A stretch of DNA of 63,409 nt, filler included, from Octopus bimaculoides (Eukaryota): NCBI RefSeq assembly GCF_001194135.2. It is 9 parts of 9 records of this genome, joined end to end, with 100 filler letters (N's around TTAATTAATTAA, not from the genome) between each part and the next. Parts side by side here need not be neighbours in the genome. Positions count along the whole stretch, not along the records: positions 1 to 13,249 come from NC_069000.1; positions 13,350 to 16,140 come from NC_069001.1; positions 16,241 to 21,549 come from NC_068994.1; 6 more parts are not named here. One strand, given 5' to 3'. This document shows positions 10,005-21,649 of the stretch, in pieces. The notes under the pieces are model-generated. The model was given only the letters and a program-made list of their open reading frames with translations. It did not search any database and was not told the origin of the DNA. Each line of letters opens with the position of its first letter. Position 1 is the stretch's first letter. The translations under genes were made by a program, and so were the position numbers.

Positions 10005-11002
10005 TACATAGATGGGACAGTTCAGGACATTACAAACAAATAGTGCGTTTATGAGTTCTTTTTACAGTAGTTTTAAAAATTCGAAAGTCAATCAGTGCAG
10101 AAGGCCTCAAAGTTTTAGAATGCACCAGCAGAAGAGTTATGCATGAGGACAACAGGTACAAGGTGTATGTGATGCGGAGGTGTCAGTTTATGTCGAACGT
10201 GACAAGAGAGAATCGTTCGATTCATGCAAAACGTTTGCTAAGCAAGTTAAGATACCAAGAGGCTGGAATGTTTTGGTTTTTCTCTGATAAGAGAAATTTC
10301 GAGCAGGACTAAAAGTAAACCAAAGGAACGACAGTTAGTTATGAAGAGGCCTGGATGAAGTTCCAATGGCCATGCATACTAAGTTCCCAGCAACTACGAT
10401 GGTTCTGGAGAGTTGTCAGCAGCGAGGGAGATGTCATGCCACTCTGCTTTTTTTTACAGGGCTTAGGGATCAAAACCGCTGTCTAAACAGGTGTTGGAGA
10501 CAGTTGTGAGGCCCTGGTTATACAGAGTACGCAATGGAAGATTAACGTCTTCCAGCAAGATTCTGGCTAGGATAACCCAAGCATGGGTACGTGTCAACCT
10601 CCATGATCATGGCCTCCCAGACACATGGCCTCCCAGACACATGGCCTCCCAGACACATGGCCTCCTAGACACATGGCCTCCTAGCTCACCAGACCTCAAT
10701 CTACTGGACTACTATGTATGGGGTGTAGTCGAGAGAGAGGTCAATCAACACCCCTGTAACACCACACAGTCTCTTAAGTTCGACATAACCATTACTATGT
10801 CCCAAATTGATCACCTGACTCGGGCACGTCAATGCTTCCCACCCCGTATTGAAGCAGCTATTGACGCTAAGGAGAAATTCATTAAAGAGGTATGATAAAA
10901 GGATACCCAGGATTGTCTGTGCCAATTTCTTATCAAATACAGCTTTCCTTTGATGAGCTATGCGTCTTTTTCAAATGACCTAAAAAACTGACTCATTTTG
11001 TA
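10005..11002 (+). mobile_element. Tc1/mariner transposon fossil, maT (DD37D)-like
   Basis: FWFFSD, TKFPATTMV, VSSEGDVMP, FQQDS, WPPSSPDLNLLDYYVWGVVEREVN; stops and frameshifts; degenerate TIRs near 10005 and 10972-11002. Confidence 0.85.
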
Positions 11003-11619
11003 TGTATACACACGCAATCACGCATACACGTGCGCGCACACATACACGCACACACACTACGATCGTAAGTAACTTATTATGAAACTCAATATCTAGCATT
11101 CATGGATTTTCCACGGGTATTTATTGGTGATGTTACGTCTTCAATTAAGGTTATATGTGCATATCTGACTGGTATGATAGGATTGAAATTATTTCAACTC
11201 TTTCTGTCACTGTTGCCTTAGTTTAAGTTAATTATTAAATATTAGAGAGCTATGGCGGTAAAATACTGAGTTGTTTTTAATTGAATTTTCTATGAAATAC
11301 ACGCATACATCTTACACACACGCACACATACAGACACTTCACCACTCCCATGAATAAGGAAAGATACAGTTAATAACATCGACAACGCCGACACTCCTAC
11401 ACTTGAGATATATTAGCTATCAGTTTTAATCACACCTTGTTTATAACTAAATATAAACATCCTTATCAAATATACATACCAAAATATTCTGGAGTAAATA
11501 TGCGTATAGCAACTGGAATTTAGGTGCGTACGACTGTACGATGCATTCGTAGAAATGTATGCATATACACACACATACACACACACATGCATATGTAGCA
11601 CTGTATGTGTGTATGTGAT

Positions 11620-11965
11620 GATTTACAGCAGTGAAACATGGACTCTTAACACTATCATCATGATGGCCTCAATTAGCCCAACAGAAAATGGAAAGTATCT
11701 TGCTCGACATCACATTGCGGTACAAAAAAGACCAACGCCTGGATTTGACAGCACATAAGAGTCAACGACATCAAGAGTCAATGACATCAAGAGTCAACGA
11801 CATCAAGAGTCAACGACATCAAGATCAAGAGGCGAACCAAAGACAAAATGGTGAGATGATCTCACCTGCTACCAAGGGTCTACATGGCCACAACTAACCA
11901 GAGACAGACAGCAGTGGACGGAGTCCAGGGAGGAGCTCCTCCTTCAAAAATGATGAAGTCCTGGA
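11620..11965 (+). mobile_element. Old RTE LINE C-terminal remnant with internal 16-bp tandem expansion
   Basis: IYSSETWTL, LLDITLR, KTNAWI..RVNDI, LTRDRQQW; (AGAGTCAACGACATCA) repeated about 4 times at 11758-11822. Confidence 0.65.
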
Positions 11966-12152
11966 TGTTGGACGTATATATGTTTGTGTATGTGTATATG
12001 CACGCGCGTACGCACACACATTCTGTTAAAGCTTAATAACAGGAGCAAAATTTGGGGCATGAGAGATATTTCCGCATGCAATCAAACATAGCACTTACAG
12101 AAACGCATCTATCTATAAATATAGTTGATGCAGAGATACACGTACCAAAGTA

Positions 12153-13217
12153 TTAGGTTGTTTCACATGAAATGTCGCATTTTTAATTACTTGTTATTTC
12201 AGTCATTTAAAAACTCAACTATGTCTACCTTGCATTTAATCTTGACTCTTTTTCTTTCCCAACAATATCAGTATACAAAATTCGTACCCGCATACCTTAT
12301 GAAAATGATAACAACCAAACTATGTTGAGTGATTTTCTTGTACAAATTGGATCACTCTGCCGCAGAAGCTCTACGGAATATCAAGCGGGCCTTTGATAAT
12401 GGTTTTGTTGGCATCAGAAGTGTTCAGAGATGGTTCCAAAGCTCTCGTTCAGGAGATGATAGCCTTGAAAATAAACCAAGGGGTAGGCCAAAATCAGTCA
12501 TATGGCATGATGGATTAAATGCTTTGGTTGAACAAAATCCGAGAACAAAGGTTCTAAAACTTTCATCAGAACTCCAAATATCTTGCACAACTGTTTTTGG
12601 ACACCTGTAAAAAAATTTGAAAAGTCAAGAAAGCGGATAAGTTTGTTCCACATCAACTGAACGAGATTCAAGAAAACAGACGCCTCGAAGTGTGCTTCTT
12701 ATTGCTTTCTCGACCGGAAATAGACCATTTTTGCATCAAATCATTACTTGTGATGAGAAATGGATACTCTTTAACAACAGCGGAAGAACAGGACAGTGAT
12801 TAAATGCAAGAAAGTCACCTAAACACTACCTGAACCCACCATTGCACCCTAAAAAGTTAGTGGTCACTGTATGGTTGTCTTCGAAAGGACTTATTCATTT
12901 TGCAACAAGGAAAAACGGTAACAGCAACATCGTATTGCCAGGAAAGTGATTGTATGCATGAGAATTTGAAAAAGAAGCAACCCAGACTAATGAATAGAGA
13001 TGGCCCGATATTGCTCCACGACAATGCAAAGTCCTCACACTCCTCAAGCTATGGTCCAAAAGTTGCAAAGCCTGAATTATGAGATTTTGCAACATCCTCC
13101 CTATTCCTCTGATATCTCTTCTACTGATCATCACTTATTTAAGCATTTTGAGCTTTTCATAAGCAATAAAACATTATTAAATAGAGAATAGGTTATTGAA
13201 ACATTCGGACAGTTTAT

Positions 13218-13222
<5 letters not shown>
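12153..13222 (+). mobile_element. Mariner (D,D34D; Hsmar1/cecropia-like) transposase pseudogene with 5' TIR
   Basis: TA|TTAGGTTG left end; SAAEALRNIKRAF, VQRWFQ, RGRP, FVPHQL, ITCDEKW, LHPKK, LLHDNA, HPPYSSDISSTDHHLF; several stops; truncated by (TA)n and scaffold end. Confidence 0.95.
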
Positions 13223-13249
<27 letters not shown>

Positions 13250-13349
13250 NNNNNNNNNNNNNNNNNNNNNNNNNNNNNNNNNNNNNNNNNNNNTTAATTA
13301 ATTAANNNNNNNNNNNNNNNNNNNNNNNNNNNNNNNNNNNNNNNNNNNN
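13250..13349. other. Artificial scaffold-join spacer N44-TTAATTAATTAA-N44 (also 16141-16240, 21550-21649, 48743-48842, 52635-52734, 54004-54103, 55548-55647, 58568-58667)
   Basis: Identical 100-nt layout eight times; the 12-mer is palindromic and gives TAA in all six frames. Confidence 0.97.
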
Positions 13350-16140
13350 GTGCAAAGGAAGGCAAACAAGGTAAGCCATCGAAAATTTAGTAGGGAGATA
13401 TTGAATATGTGAAGGATTTCATTACAAGTCACCCGAATAACCAACATGAAAGTAGGGAATGAAGCCTCGATGGGTATTTCGTGCCCTTTTCGAACGGGGT
13501 TGTTATGATGAGAGGACGTGCCAAGCGATCGTCTAGGTGTTGGGAGAAGCAGCTGCTATTTCTAGCGTTCTTCGGGTTGGGCCATCCGCGAGGATCGAAT
13601 ACCACAGGACAGACTCGTGCAAAGGAAGGCAAACAAGGTAAGCCATCGAAAATTTAGTAGGGAGATATTGAATATGTGAAGGATTTCATTACAAGTCACC
13701 CGAATAACCAACGTGAAAGTAGGGGAGGAGGTTTGGGTTAAGCCACCGAAGGCACGCTGCACGTCGCAATGGGGCAGCGGAACGATGACGGCGGTCAATT
13801 CCAGAAACAATGTATCCATGGATGGAATGCCGCGTCACGTGCTGGACCTGCGCAGGATAGCAACTTCGTCGGATGAAAAGCGGAGAGGAAAATGAGGCCC
13901 CTGGCTTGAGAAAATCTCGACGTGTAAGGGAAATATTGAATATGTGAAAAATTTCATTACAAGTCACCGGAATATCATTAACCAACGTGAAAGTAGGGAA
14001 GGAAGTTTGGGTTAAGCTACCAAGAGGGAAACGAGGCACCTGGCTTGAGAATGACAGACTCGTGCAAAGGAAGGCAAACTAGGTAAGCCTTCGAGAATTT
14101 AGTAGGGAGATATTGAACATGTGAAAAATTTCATTACAAGTCACCCGAATAACCAACGTGAAAGTAGGGAATGAAGTTTGGGTTAAGCCGCCAAAAGCAT
14201 GCTGCACATCGCAATGAAGCAGGGGAACGGTGACAGCGGTCAATTCCAGAAAGAATGTATCCATGGATGGAATGCCGCGTCACGTGCTGGACCTGCGCAG
14301 GATAGCCACTTCGTCGGATGAAAAACGGAGAGGGAAACGAGGCACCTGGCTTCAGAAGGACAGACTCGTGCAAAGGAAGGCAAACGAGGTATGCCAGCAA
14401 AAATTTGGTAGGGAGACATTGAATATGTGAAGGATTTCATTACAAGTCACCCTAATAACCAACATGAAAGTAGGGAATGAAGCCTCGATGGGTATTTCGT
14501 GCCCTTTTCGAACGGGGTTGTTATGATGAGAGGACGTGCCAAGCGATCGTCTAGGTGTTGGGAGAAGCAGCTGCTATTTCTAGCGTCCTTCAGGTCGGGC
14601 CATCCGCGAGGATCGGATACCACAGGACAGACTCGTGCAAAGGAAGGCAAATGAGGTNNNNNNNNNNTTAAGCCGCCGAAGGCACGTTGCATGTCGCAAT
14701 GGGGCAGCGGAACGATGACGGCGGACAATTCCAGAAACAATGTATCCGTGGATGGAATGCCGCGTCACGTGCTGGACCTGCGCAGGATAGCCACTTCGTT
14801 GGATGAAAAGAGGAGAGGGAAACGAGGCACCTGGCTTGAGAAGATCTCGACGCGTAAGGTGCCCGCGCGTTCGGATTGCAGACTTCAAAGTGGAGTGGGG
14901 GCAGACGTGATCTTTAAGATCAGGGTGGCATGTGGTATGACATCAGCAACTGGGGAGCTGATCGCTGACCAGAAGCGGAAGAAGGGCAGAGGGAGCCTCA
15001 ATCGGGAATTCGAGCACTTTTCGAGCGGGGTTTTTTGTGACAAGAGGACGAGCCAAGCGATCGTCTAGGTGTTGGGAAAAGCAGCTGCTATTTCTAGCGT
15101 TCTTCGGGTTGGGCCAGCTGCGACGATCGGATACCGTAGGACAGACTCATGCAAAGAAAGGCAAACGAGGTAAGCCGGTGAAAATTTGTTAGGGAGACAT
15201 TGAATATGTAAGGAATTTCATTACAAGTCACCTGAATATTATTAACCAACGTGAAAGTAGGGAAGGAAGTTTGGGTTGAGCCGCCGAAGGCACGCTGCAC
15301 GTCGCAATGGGGCAGGGGAACGGTGACAGCGGTCAATTCCAGAAACAATGTATCTGTGGATAGAATGCCGCCTCACGTGCTGGACCTGCGCATGATAGCC
15401 ACTTTGTCGGATGAAAAGTGGAGAGGGTTACGAGGCACCTGGCTTGAGAAGATCTCGACATGTAAGGCGCCCGCTTGGTTGGATTGCGAACTTCGAAGTG
15501 GAGTAAGGGCAGACGTGATCTTTAAGATCAGGGTGGTGTGTGGTATGACCTCAGCAACTAGGGAGCTGACCGCTGACTGGAACAGGAAGAAGGGCAGAGG
15601 GAGGCTCGAACGGGATTTTGTGTCCTTTTCGAACAGGGTTGTTGTGACGAAAGGACATGCCAAGCGATCGTCTAGGTGTTGGGAGAAGCAGCTGCTATTT
15701 TTAGCCATCTTCAGGTCGGGCCAGCCGTGAGGATTGGATACCGCAAGACAGACTCGTGCAAAGGAAGGCAAACTAGGTAAGCCATCGAGAATTTAGTAGG
15801 GAGATATTGAATATGTGAAAAATTTCATCACAAGTTACCCGAATAACCAACGTGAAAGTAGGGAATGAAGTTTGGGTTGAGCCGCCGAAAGCACGCTGCA
15901 TGTCGCAATGGAGCAGGGGAACGGTGACGGCGGTCAATTCCAGAAGCAATGTATCTGTGGATAGAATGCCGCGTCACGTGCTGGACCTGCGTAGGATAGC
16001 CACTTCGTTGGATGAAAAGAGGAGAGGGAAACGAGGCACCTGGCTTGAGAAGATCTCGACGCGTAAGGTGCCCGCGCGTTTGGATTGCAGACTTCGAAGT
16101 GGAGTGGGGGCAGATGTGATCTTTAAGATCAGGGTGGCAT
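13350..16140 (+). mobile_element. Tandem array of Gypsy-derived units (integrase C-terminal tail + ~208-bp LTR-like segment), full unit ~607 bp plus deleted variants
   Basis: About five copies of KVGxEVWVxPPKARCTSQWxxGTxTAVNSRNNVSVDGMPRHVLDLRRI; TGTGGTAT...ATACC(A/G)(C/T)A segments at 14931-15138 and 15539-15745; period 15141->15748. Confidence 0.85.
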
Positions 16141-16240
16141 NNNNNNNNNNNNNNNNNNNNNNNNNNNNNNNNNNNNNNNNNNNNTTAATTAATTAANNNN
16201 NNNNNNNNNNNNNNNNNNNNNNNNNNNNNNNNNNNNNNNN

Positions 16241-16379
16241 ATATACGACAGGCTTCTTTCAGTTTCCGTCTACCAAATCCACTCACAAGGCTTTGGTCGG
16301 CCCGAGGCTATAGTAGATGACACTTGCCCAAGGTGTCACGCAGAGGGAATGAACCCGGAACCATGTGGTTGGTAAGCAA

Positions 16380-16380
<1 letters not shown>
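16241..16380 (-). mobile_element. SINE family B, 5' half
   Basis: ggcttctttcagtttccgtctaccaaatccactcacaaggctttggtcggcccgagg...gaacccggaaccatgtgg; CpGs intact. Confidence 0.9.
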
Positions 16381-16438
<58 letters not shown>

Positions 16439-16494
16439 CAGGTATGTATGTATATGCATATAATTATGTATATATGTATATATGTATGTAAGTG

Positions 16495-16712
16495 TGTTTA
16501 TGTTTGTCGCTGACTACCGCTTGACAACCGGTGACGGTTTGTTTACATCCTCATAACTTAGCAGTTTGACAAAATAGACTGATAGAAGAAGTACCAAAAT
16601 TTGAGAATTCGAAATAAAATGTACTGGGATCGATTTGTTCGACCAAAAAACCCTTCGAGGTGGTGCCCCAGCATGACCGAAGTCCAATGATCGAAGCAAG
16701 TAAAAGACATAA
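16495..16712 (+). mobile_element. SINE family B, 3' half
   Basis: cgcttgacaaccgg..gtttacatcc..taacttagcagtt..gatcgatttgttcgac..ggtgccccagcatg. Confidence 0.75.
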
Positions 16713-17317
16713 GTTTTACCATTCTAAACTATATTCTTCACTCTCTTTACACTCCTTGGATCAATTTAATCGGATCTATTTAATCTCCTTTCTTTTTACT
16801 GGAGTTTATATAGACCCTATTAACGTTACTTTCGCAGTGTAATGCTCCCTATAGTTACCCGCATACGACCATTGCTTTTTCGCGTTGTCCTATCTCGTCT
16901 AATCTTTATGTTATTTAAGGATTTCTCTCTATTATTCACCTCAAAAGAGATCGGTCTCGTTTGTTAAAACCTGGAGCCTTGTTTTTATTATTCAGCTTAG
17001 ATGTAATCAGTCATATTAACTTTATGAAATGTTCCTTTCTAAAACGTGCTACGTTAGTATCCGTTGCCTTGCCAGATCATATTATACCTATCTGAAGCTT
17101 TATGTCTGTACCTGTTTTATGATTTTTTTGATTTTTTTATCTGTTAATAATATCAAATTACTTTCTTGTAACTGCCTTCTTTTCGTAATCAAAAATCTAC
17201 ACTTATTCAAGCCCCAATTCCATTCCAGTATCTTTACCAAATCCATGGACTCTTTCTACTGAAGAATCTCTTTGATCTTCATTCCCTGCGCATACTTTGC
17301 TATTTTTGATGATGATG

Positions 17318-17379
<62 letters not shown>

Positions 17380-17925
17380 CTAATATCCTGATGCAGTATA
17401 AGGAAATGGCTCTCATGGCTTCTGATTATAAGTGTTAACATGTATATATTTTGTCTTGGTGTAAAAGATGGGCTACAGCGAATATTCTGCTCAGTACCAT
17501 AAATTTGCTTGTCAGTTGCTTGAGCTTAACCAGTTGATCATGTCCCTTGGTGACTGACGATATGTGCATCTCTGATCACGAGCAGAAGTAGTGGGGGAAG
17601 CAGCATAGCCATTTGTGGAGAGGGGTTCTTTGGGATTTAAATAATTCACTCCAAGAAACATGGGTATTTCATTCATCCTCCTTAGATAACCCTTATTCAG
17701 GAACCTTTTTGTGCAGGACGAGCTACCCGACCTGAAGAAAATCCTAACTGGGTCCCACCTGCAAGTTCATGCGCTGTTTATCTTGATAATACGAGATCAC
17801 TATGTCGCGCACATATGGTTGTGATGCATGTGCTTGATGTACCCTTATCAGAGAGGTAGTCATGATGGGTATATTGGGCTCCGTATCCCAGCGTCACTTT
17901 CATGGCGTGTGATGCTCTCTCGCTC
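17380..17925. mobile_element. Interspersed repeat (probable LINE UTR) between two (AAT)n tracts; family not determined
   Basis: Non-coding block flanked by (AAT)n at 17320-17378 and 17925-17982; recalled as a common octopus repeat, not verifiable here. Confidence 0.45.
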
Positions 17926-17982
<57 letters not shown>

Positions 17983-17984
<2 letters not shown>

Positions 17985-18322
17985 GAGCACTCAGAGAGCG
18001 CAAACCTCCGCCAAGGCAGCACCAACGTCCTCTCAACGATTAGCCAGAGATGATTTTTAAAATGAGAATATCTGAAATAAACTCTACCGCTCTCACAAAT
18101 GAGAATATTAAAAATGAACCCGACCGCTCTCAAAATTTAGATGAAAAAAATCGGAAAAATTATCCAGAATCCTTGTCCTGTACTGGATCGATCCCAAAAT
18201 CTAATCAGTTCGTACCAGTCACGAGACCAAACATCCCTGGAAGTTTTGACCGAATCTATCCAGCGATTCTAGAAGTATCTTGTCCACGGACAAACAAACA
18301 AGCAAACACGACTGAAAACAAT
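17983..18322 (+). mobile_element. Non-autonomous element resembling Helentron-associated/DINE-1-like repeats, 3' end interrupted
   Basis: gagcactcagagagcgcaaacctccgccaagg ... ccaaaatctaatcagttcg..ccagtcacgag..atcttgtccacggacaaacaaacaa; second partial copy at 62405-62548. Confidence 0.55.
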
Positions 18323-18470
18323 GTTTTAGGATTAGGGTTCGGGTTTGGGTTATGAGTATTTTTGCCAAATTTGGTGAAAAATTTGTGGCGGTGTATTGAA
18401 CAGATTTTCACCAAATTTGGCAAAAAAACTCATAACCCAAACCCTAATCCTAAAACCCTAATCCTAAAAC
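18323..18470. repeat. Hairpin with telomere-like (TTAGG/TTAGGG) ends
   Basis: gttttaggattagggtt..gggttatgagt..ttttgccaaatttggtgaaaa pairs with ttttcaccaaatttggcaaaaaaactcataacccaaaccctaatcctaaaac. Confidence 0.9.
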
Positions 18471-19498
18471 CAGTACAAACGCACGAACGATGTCATAAAT
18501 AACAGTACCACCGATAGTTGTTGTTGACAAACAACGGCACTAACTTTATTCAAGGGAAAAGATCCCATTACACCGCCACAACGTGTTGTTGACAATCCAC
18601 AGCAGTAATTGTTTTCACCTCAATAGACGTCAGTGATTGGTTGAAATTACCGAAATACGACAATTTAAACACGAAATGACTTTAAAAATATAAACTTTTC
18701 TCAACAACACTAAGAGTAAGAGATGTTTTATATGACACATTCTACCAGTGTCCCAAGTTTGAAAGTGTTTCGTTAGAAAACAAATGGTGTCCGCCAAATC
18801 AGAAATATCCACAAGACCAAACAAGGTCGAAATTACGTGATCTGGTGATCTCGGCGTTGGAGGTAGCAGGTTATTTATCGCCCAGCCATTGATATAAACA
18901 ACTGTGCATTTTGCACCGATAAGCCAATATGGGAGTTACCCTCGTGATAACTACCGCAGTATAGTTTGTTCTAATAGAACATCCACGTTTAAGAGGGGAT
19001 AAAATATTACCTCTCAATATTAAAACTGCCTCTGCCGCTGATATACATTTAGTAAAATCACAATACATCCTGCAGCACTGGAATGTTAATTTACTTACTG
19101 AAAGGCAACATTTCTCTCCGCTGATAGTCCGAGAGTCACACTTAACAAATCACTTGAATAGATTTAGGTGGTGCCTTTTTTTTTAGGTGGGGGTATCGCA
19201 TTAGCTATTTTGAGACAAACCAGAAACAAATCAATTCTATGAATACTTCTCCAGCGCAGCGTAGCAAGCGAGCTTGTTAGTAACTGCTACTACTATGATG
19301 ACAGTAACCACTAATATTGCCGCCACTGTTGCTGTAAGCAGGTCATTGTCCACCGGATGCCAATTACTATGAGGTTACAAACGTTCAAACGTTTGGCAGT
19401 GATCAACTTGAGTAATGGTCGGTCTGGAAACAAAACACAATTTTTCACTGTACTCTCCAGCGAATGGCATGGGATTGGAAATGTCTGTCTACTTTTAC

Positions 19499-19550
<52 letters not shown>

Positions 19551-20087
19551 NNNNNNNNNNNNNNNNNNNNNNNNNNNNNNNNNNNNNNNNNNNNNNNNNN
19601 NNNNNNNNNNNNNNNNNNNNNNNNNNNNNNNNNNNNNNNNNNNNNNNNNNNNNNNNNNNNNNNNNNNNNNNNNNNNNNNNNNNNNNNNNNNNNNNNNNNN
19701 NNNNNNNNNNNNNNNNNNNNNNNNNNNNNNNNNNNNNNNNNNNNNNNNNNNNNNNNNNNNNNNNNNNNNNNNNNNNNNNNNNNNNNNNNNNNNNNNNNNN
19801 NNNNNNNNNNNNNNNNNNNNNNNNNNNNNNNNNNNNNNNNNNNNNNNNNNNNNNNNNNNNNNNNNNNNNNNNNNNNNNNNNNNNNNNNNNNNNNNNNNNN
19901 NNNNNNNNNNNNNNNNNNNNNNNNNNNNNNNNNNNNNNNNNNNNNNNNNNNNNNNNNNNNNNNNNNNNNNNNNNNNNNNNNNNNNNNNNNNNNNNNNNNN
20001 NNNNNNNNNNNNNNNNNNNNNNNNNNNNNNNNNNNNNNNNNNNNNNNNNNNNNNNNNNNNNNNNNNNNNNNNNNNNNNNNNNNNNNN

Positions 20088-20135
<48 letters not shown>

Positions 20136-20156
20136 AAACACGCTATATATTTTTAC

Positions 20157-20249
20157 GAGCTACTAATAGTTTCATGTCATGGACAGCATTTTGTAACACG
20201 TCTAGTGCTTTCATGTCATCTTCAGGCTCTACCCACATAGCATAACAAG
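20157..20249 (-). CDS. Candidate coding exon (xCYAMWVEPEDDMKALDVLQNAVHDMKLLVA), unidentified
   Basis: ~50-nt polypyrimidine tract ending gttttAG; 93-nt phase 1-1 open frame; donor ctc|GTAAAA moderate, or in-frame TAG at 20143-20145. Confidence 0.3.
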
Positions 20250-20939
20250 CTAAAACAGGACGATAGGATAAGAAAAAATACGAGAAAAGGCGAAAAGGAA
20301 GATCTAAATTTTGGACGGCTGAAAATACCGGAAGGTGAAAAGAAGACAGAATAAAAAAGAGAGAAATAGGGCTATGCCCCCCTTTGACGGTAAATTCATA
20401 AGGCTGAATTGATAGGGGCCTTGAGTCTGCGGTACAGCTGCTCAATTCGGAGAGTGTGGTATTTTTCCAATTCACCAAGAGGAACTTATCCATATGTTTA
20501 CACCCGCCAAAAAATTCCGGTTCCGGAATTGGGCAATTTTTCATAAGATTATAAAACAAGTAACGGGCACATATCGAGTTTTCTTACATGTTGCAAATAT
20601 AATTAGCAACACCGTAAGTTTTCAACTATTTTTTAAAATCCATAAATATTCATAGATGACTATTTTACCGTCGATGAGGCTTAATTATTCCGAAACATTT
20701 CTACAGTTGTCTCCTCAACTCATCGAAAAATAATTCGAGTTTATGTTTTCTTACATCCTCACCATATAAGTATTTCTACTTAGACATTTTATATTTTGTT
20801 GTATTTCGGGATGGTCATTTTTTTTCCAATTAAACACACGCACTTTTTATATTCATTTTATATAAATAGATTAATGCTAAGAATTAGAAAAGTATCACAT
20901 ATTTTTACTGTCCCGCTCACTTATTGAATTTACTGGAAA

Positions 20940-21486
20940 CATTTTGTTTCAAATTTTGGCATATAACAAGCAATTTCGTGAAAGGGGTTAAGTCGATTAC
21001 ATTGCTCCCAGTACTCAACTGGTACTTATTTTATCGACCCCGACAGGATGGAAGGCAAAGTCGACCTCTGCGGAATTTGAACTCAGAACGTAAAGACGTA
21101 TGAAATGCCTCTCAGCATTTCGCCCGGCGTGCTAACGATTTCGCCACACTGATTTATAATGGGCGCTACGACTTCAAACTTGTGGTGGAAAGCAATCGAT
21201 TATACATTAATGCCTCGATATACGAATTAATTTTTCCCGAAGATTGCTCGTAAAGCGAAAACTCGTAAAGCAGGGCAATAATTTCCTATAATTTCAATGT
21301 TATAAATCGTAATTCGTTCCCAGAAAAATATTTTACCAATAAAATTTATAATGCTGGTACTTAATTTATCGACCCCGAAAGGATGAAAATCGACCACAGT
21401 TGAATTTGAACTCGAATGTAGACAGACGAAATACCGCTAAGCATTTCGTACAGCGTGCTAATGATTCTGCCAGCTCGCCGCCTTAA
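20940..21486 (-). mobile_element. Two SINE family A copies (20940-21150 and 21350-21486)
   Basis: ctggtacttattttatcgacccc..ggatg..aaggcaaagtcgacc..ggaatttgaactcagaacg..gctaagcatttcg..gccagctcgccgcc. Confidence 0.9.
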
Positions 21487-21649
21487 ATAATAATAATAAT
21501 AATAATAACACTGAAGTGAAGACCAAGCATATAGAGCGTGTGTTTCATTNNNNNNNNNNNNNNNNNNNNNNNNNNNNNNNNNNNNNNNNNNNNTTAATTA
21601 ATTAANNNNNNNNNNNNNNNNNNNNNNNNNNNNNNNNNNNNNNNNNNNN

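Noticed and set aside
13294-13305. Recurrent palindrome TTAATTAATTAA as a homeodomain site or recombination signal
   Set aside because: Always centred in exactly 44 N on each side, so it is an artificial spacer.
19311-20240. Long ORFs spanning N runs (and all similar X-filled ORFs in the track)
   Set aside because: Length comes from gaps plus flanking microsatellites.
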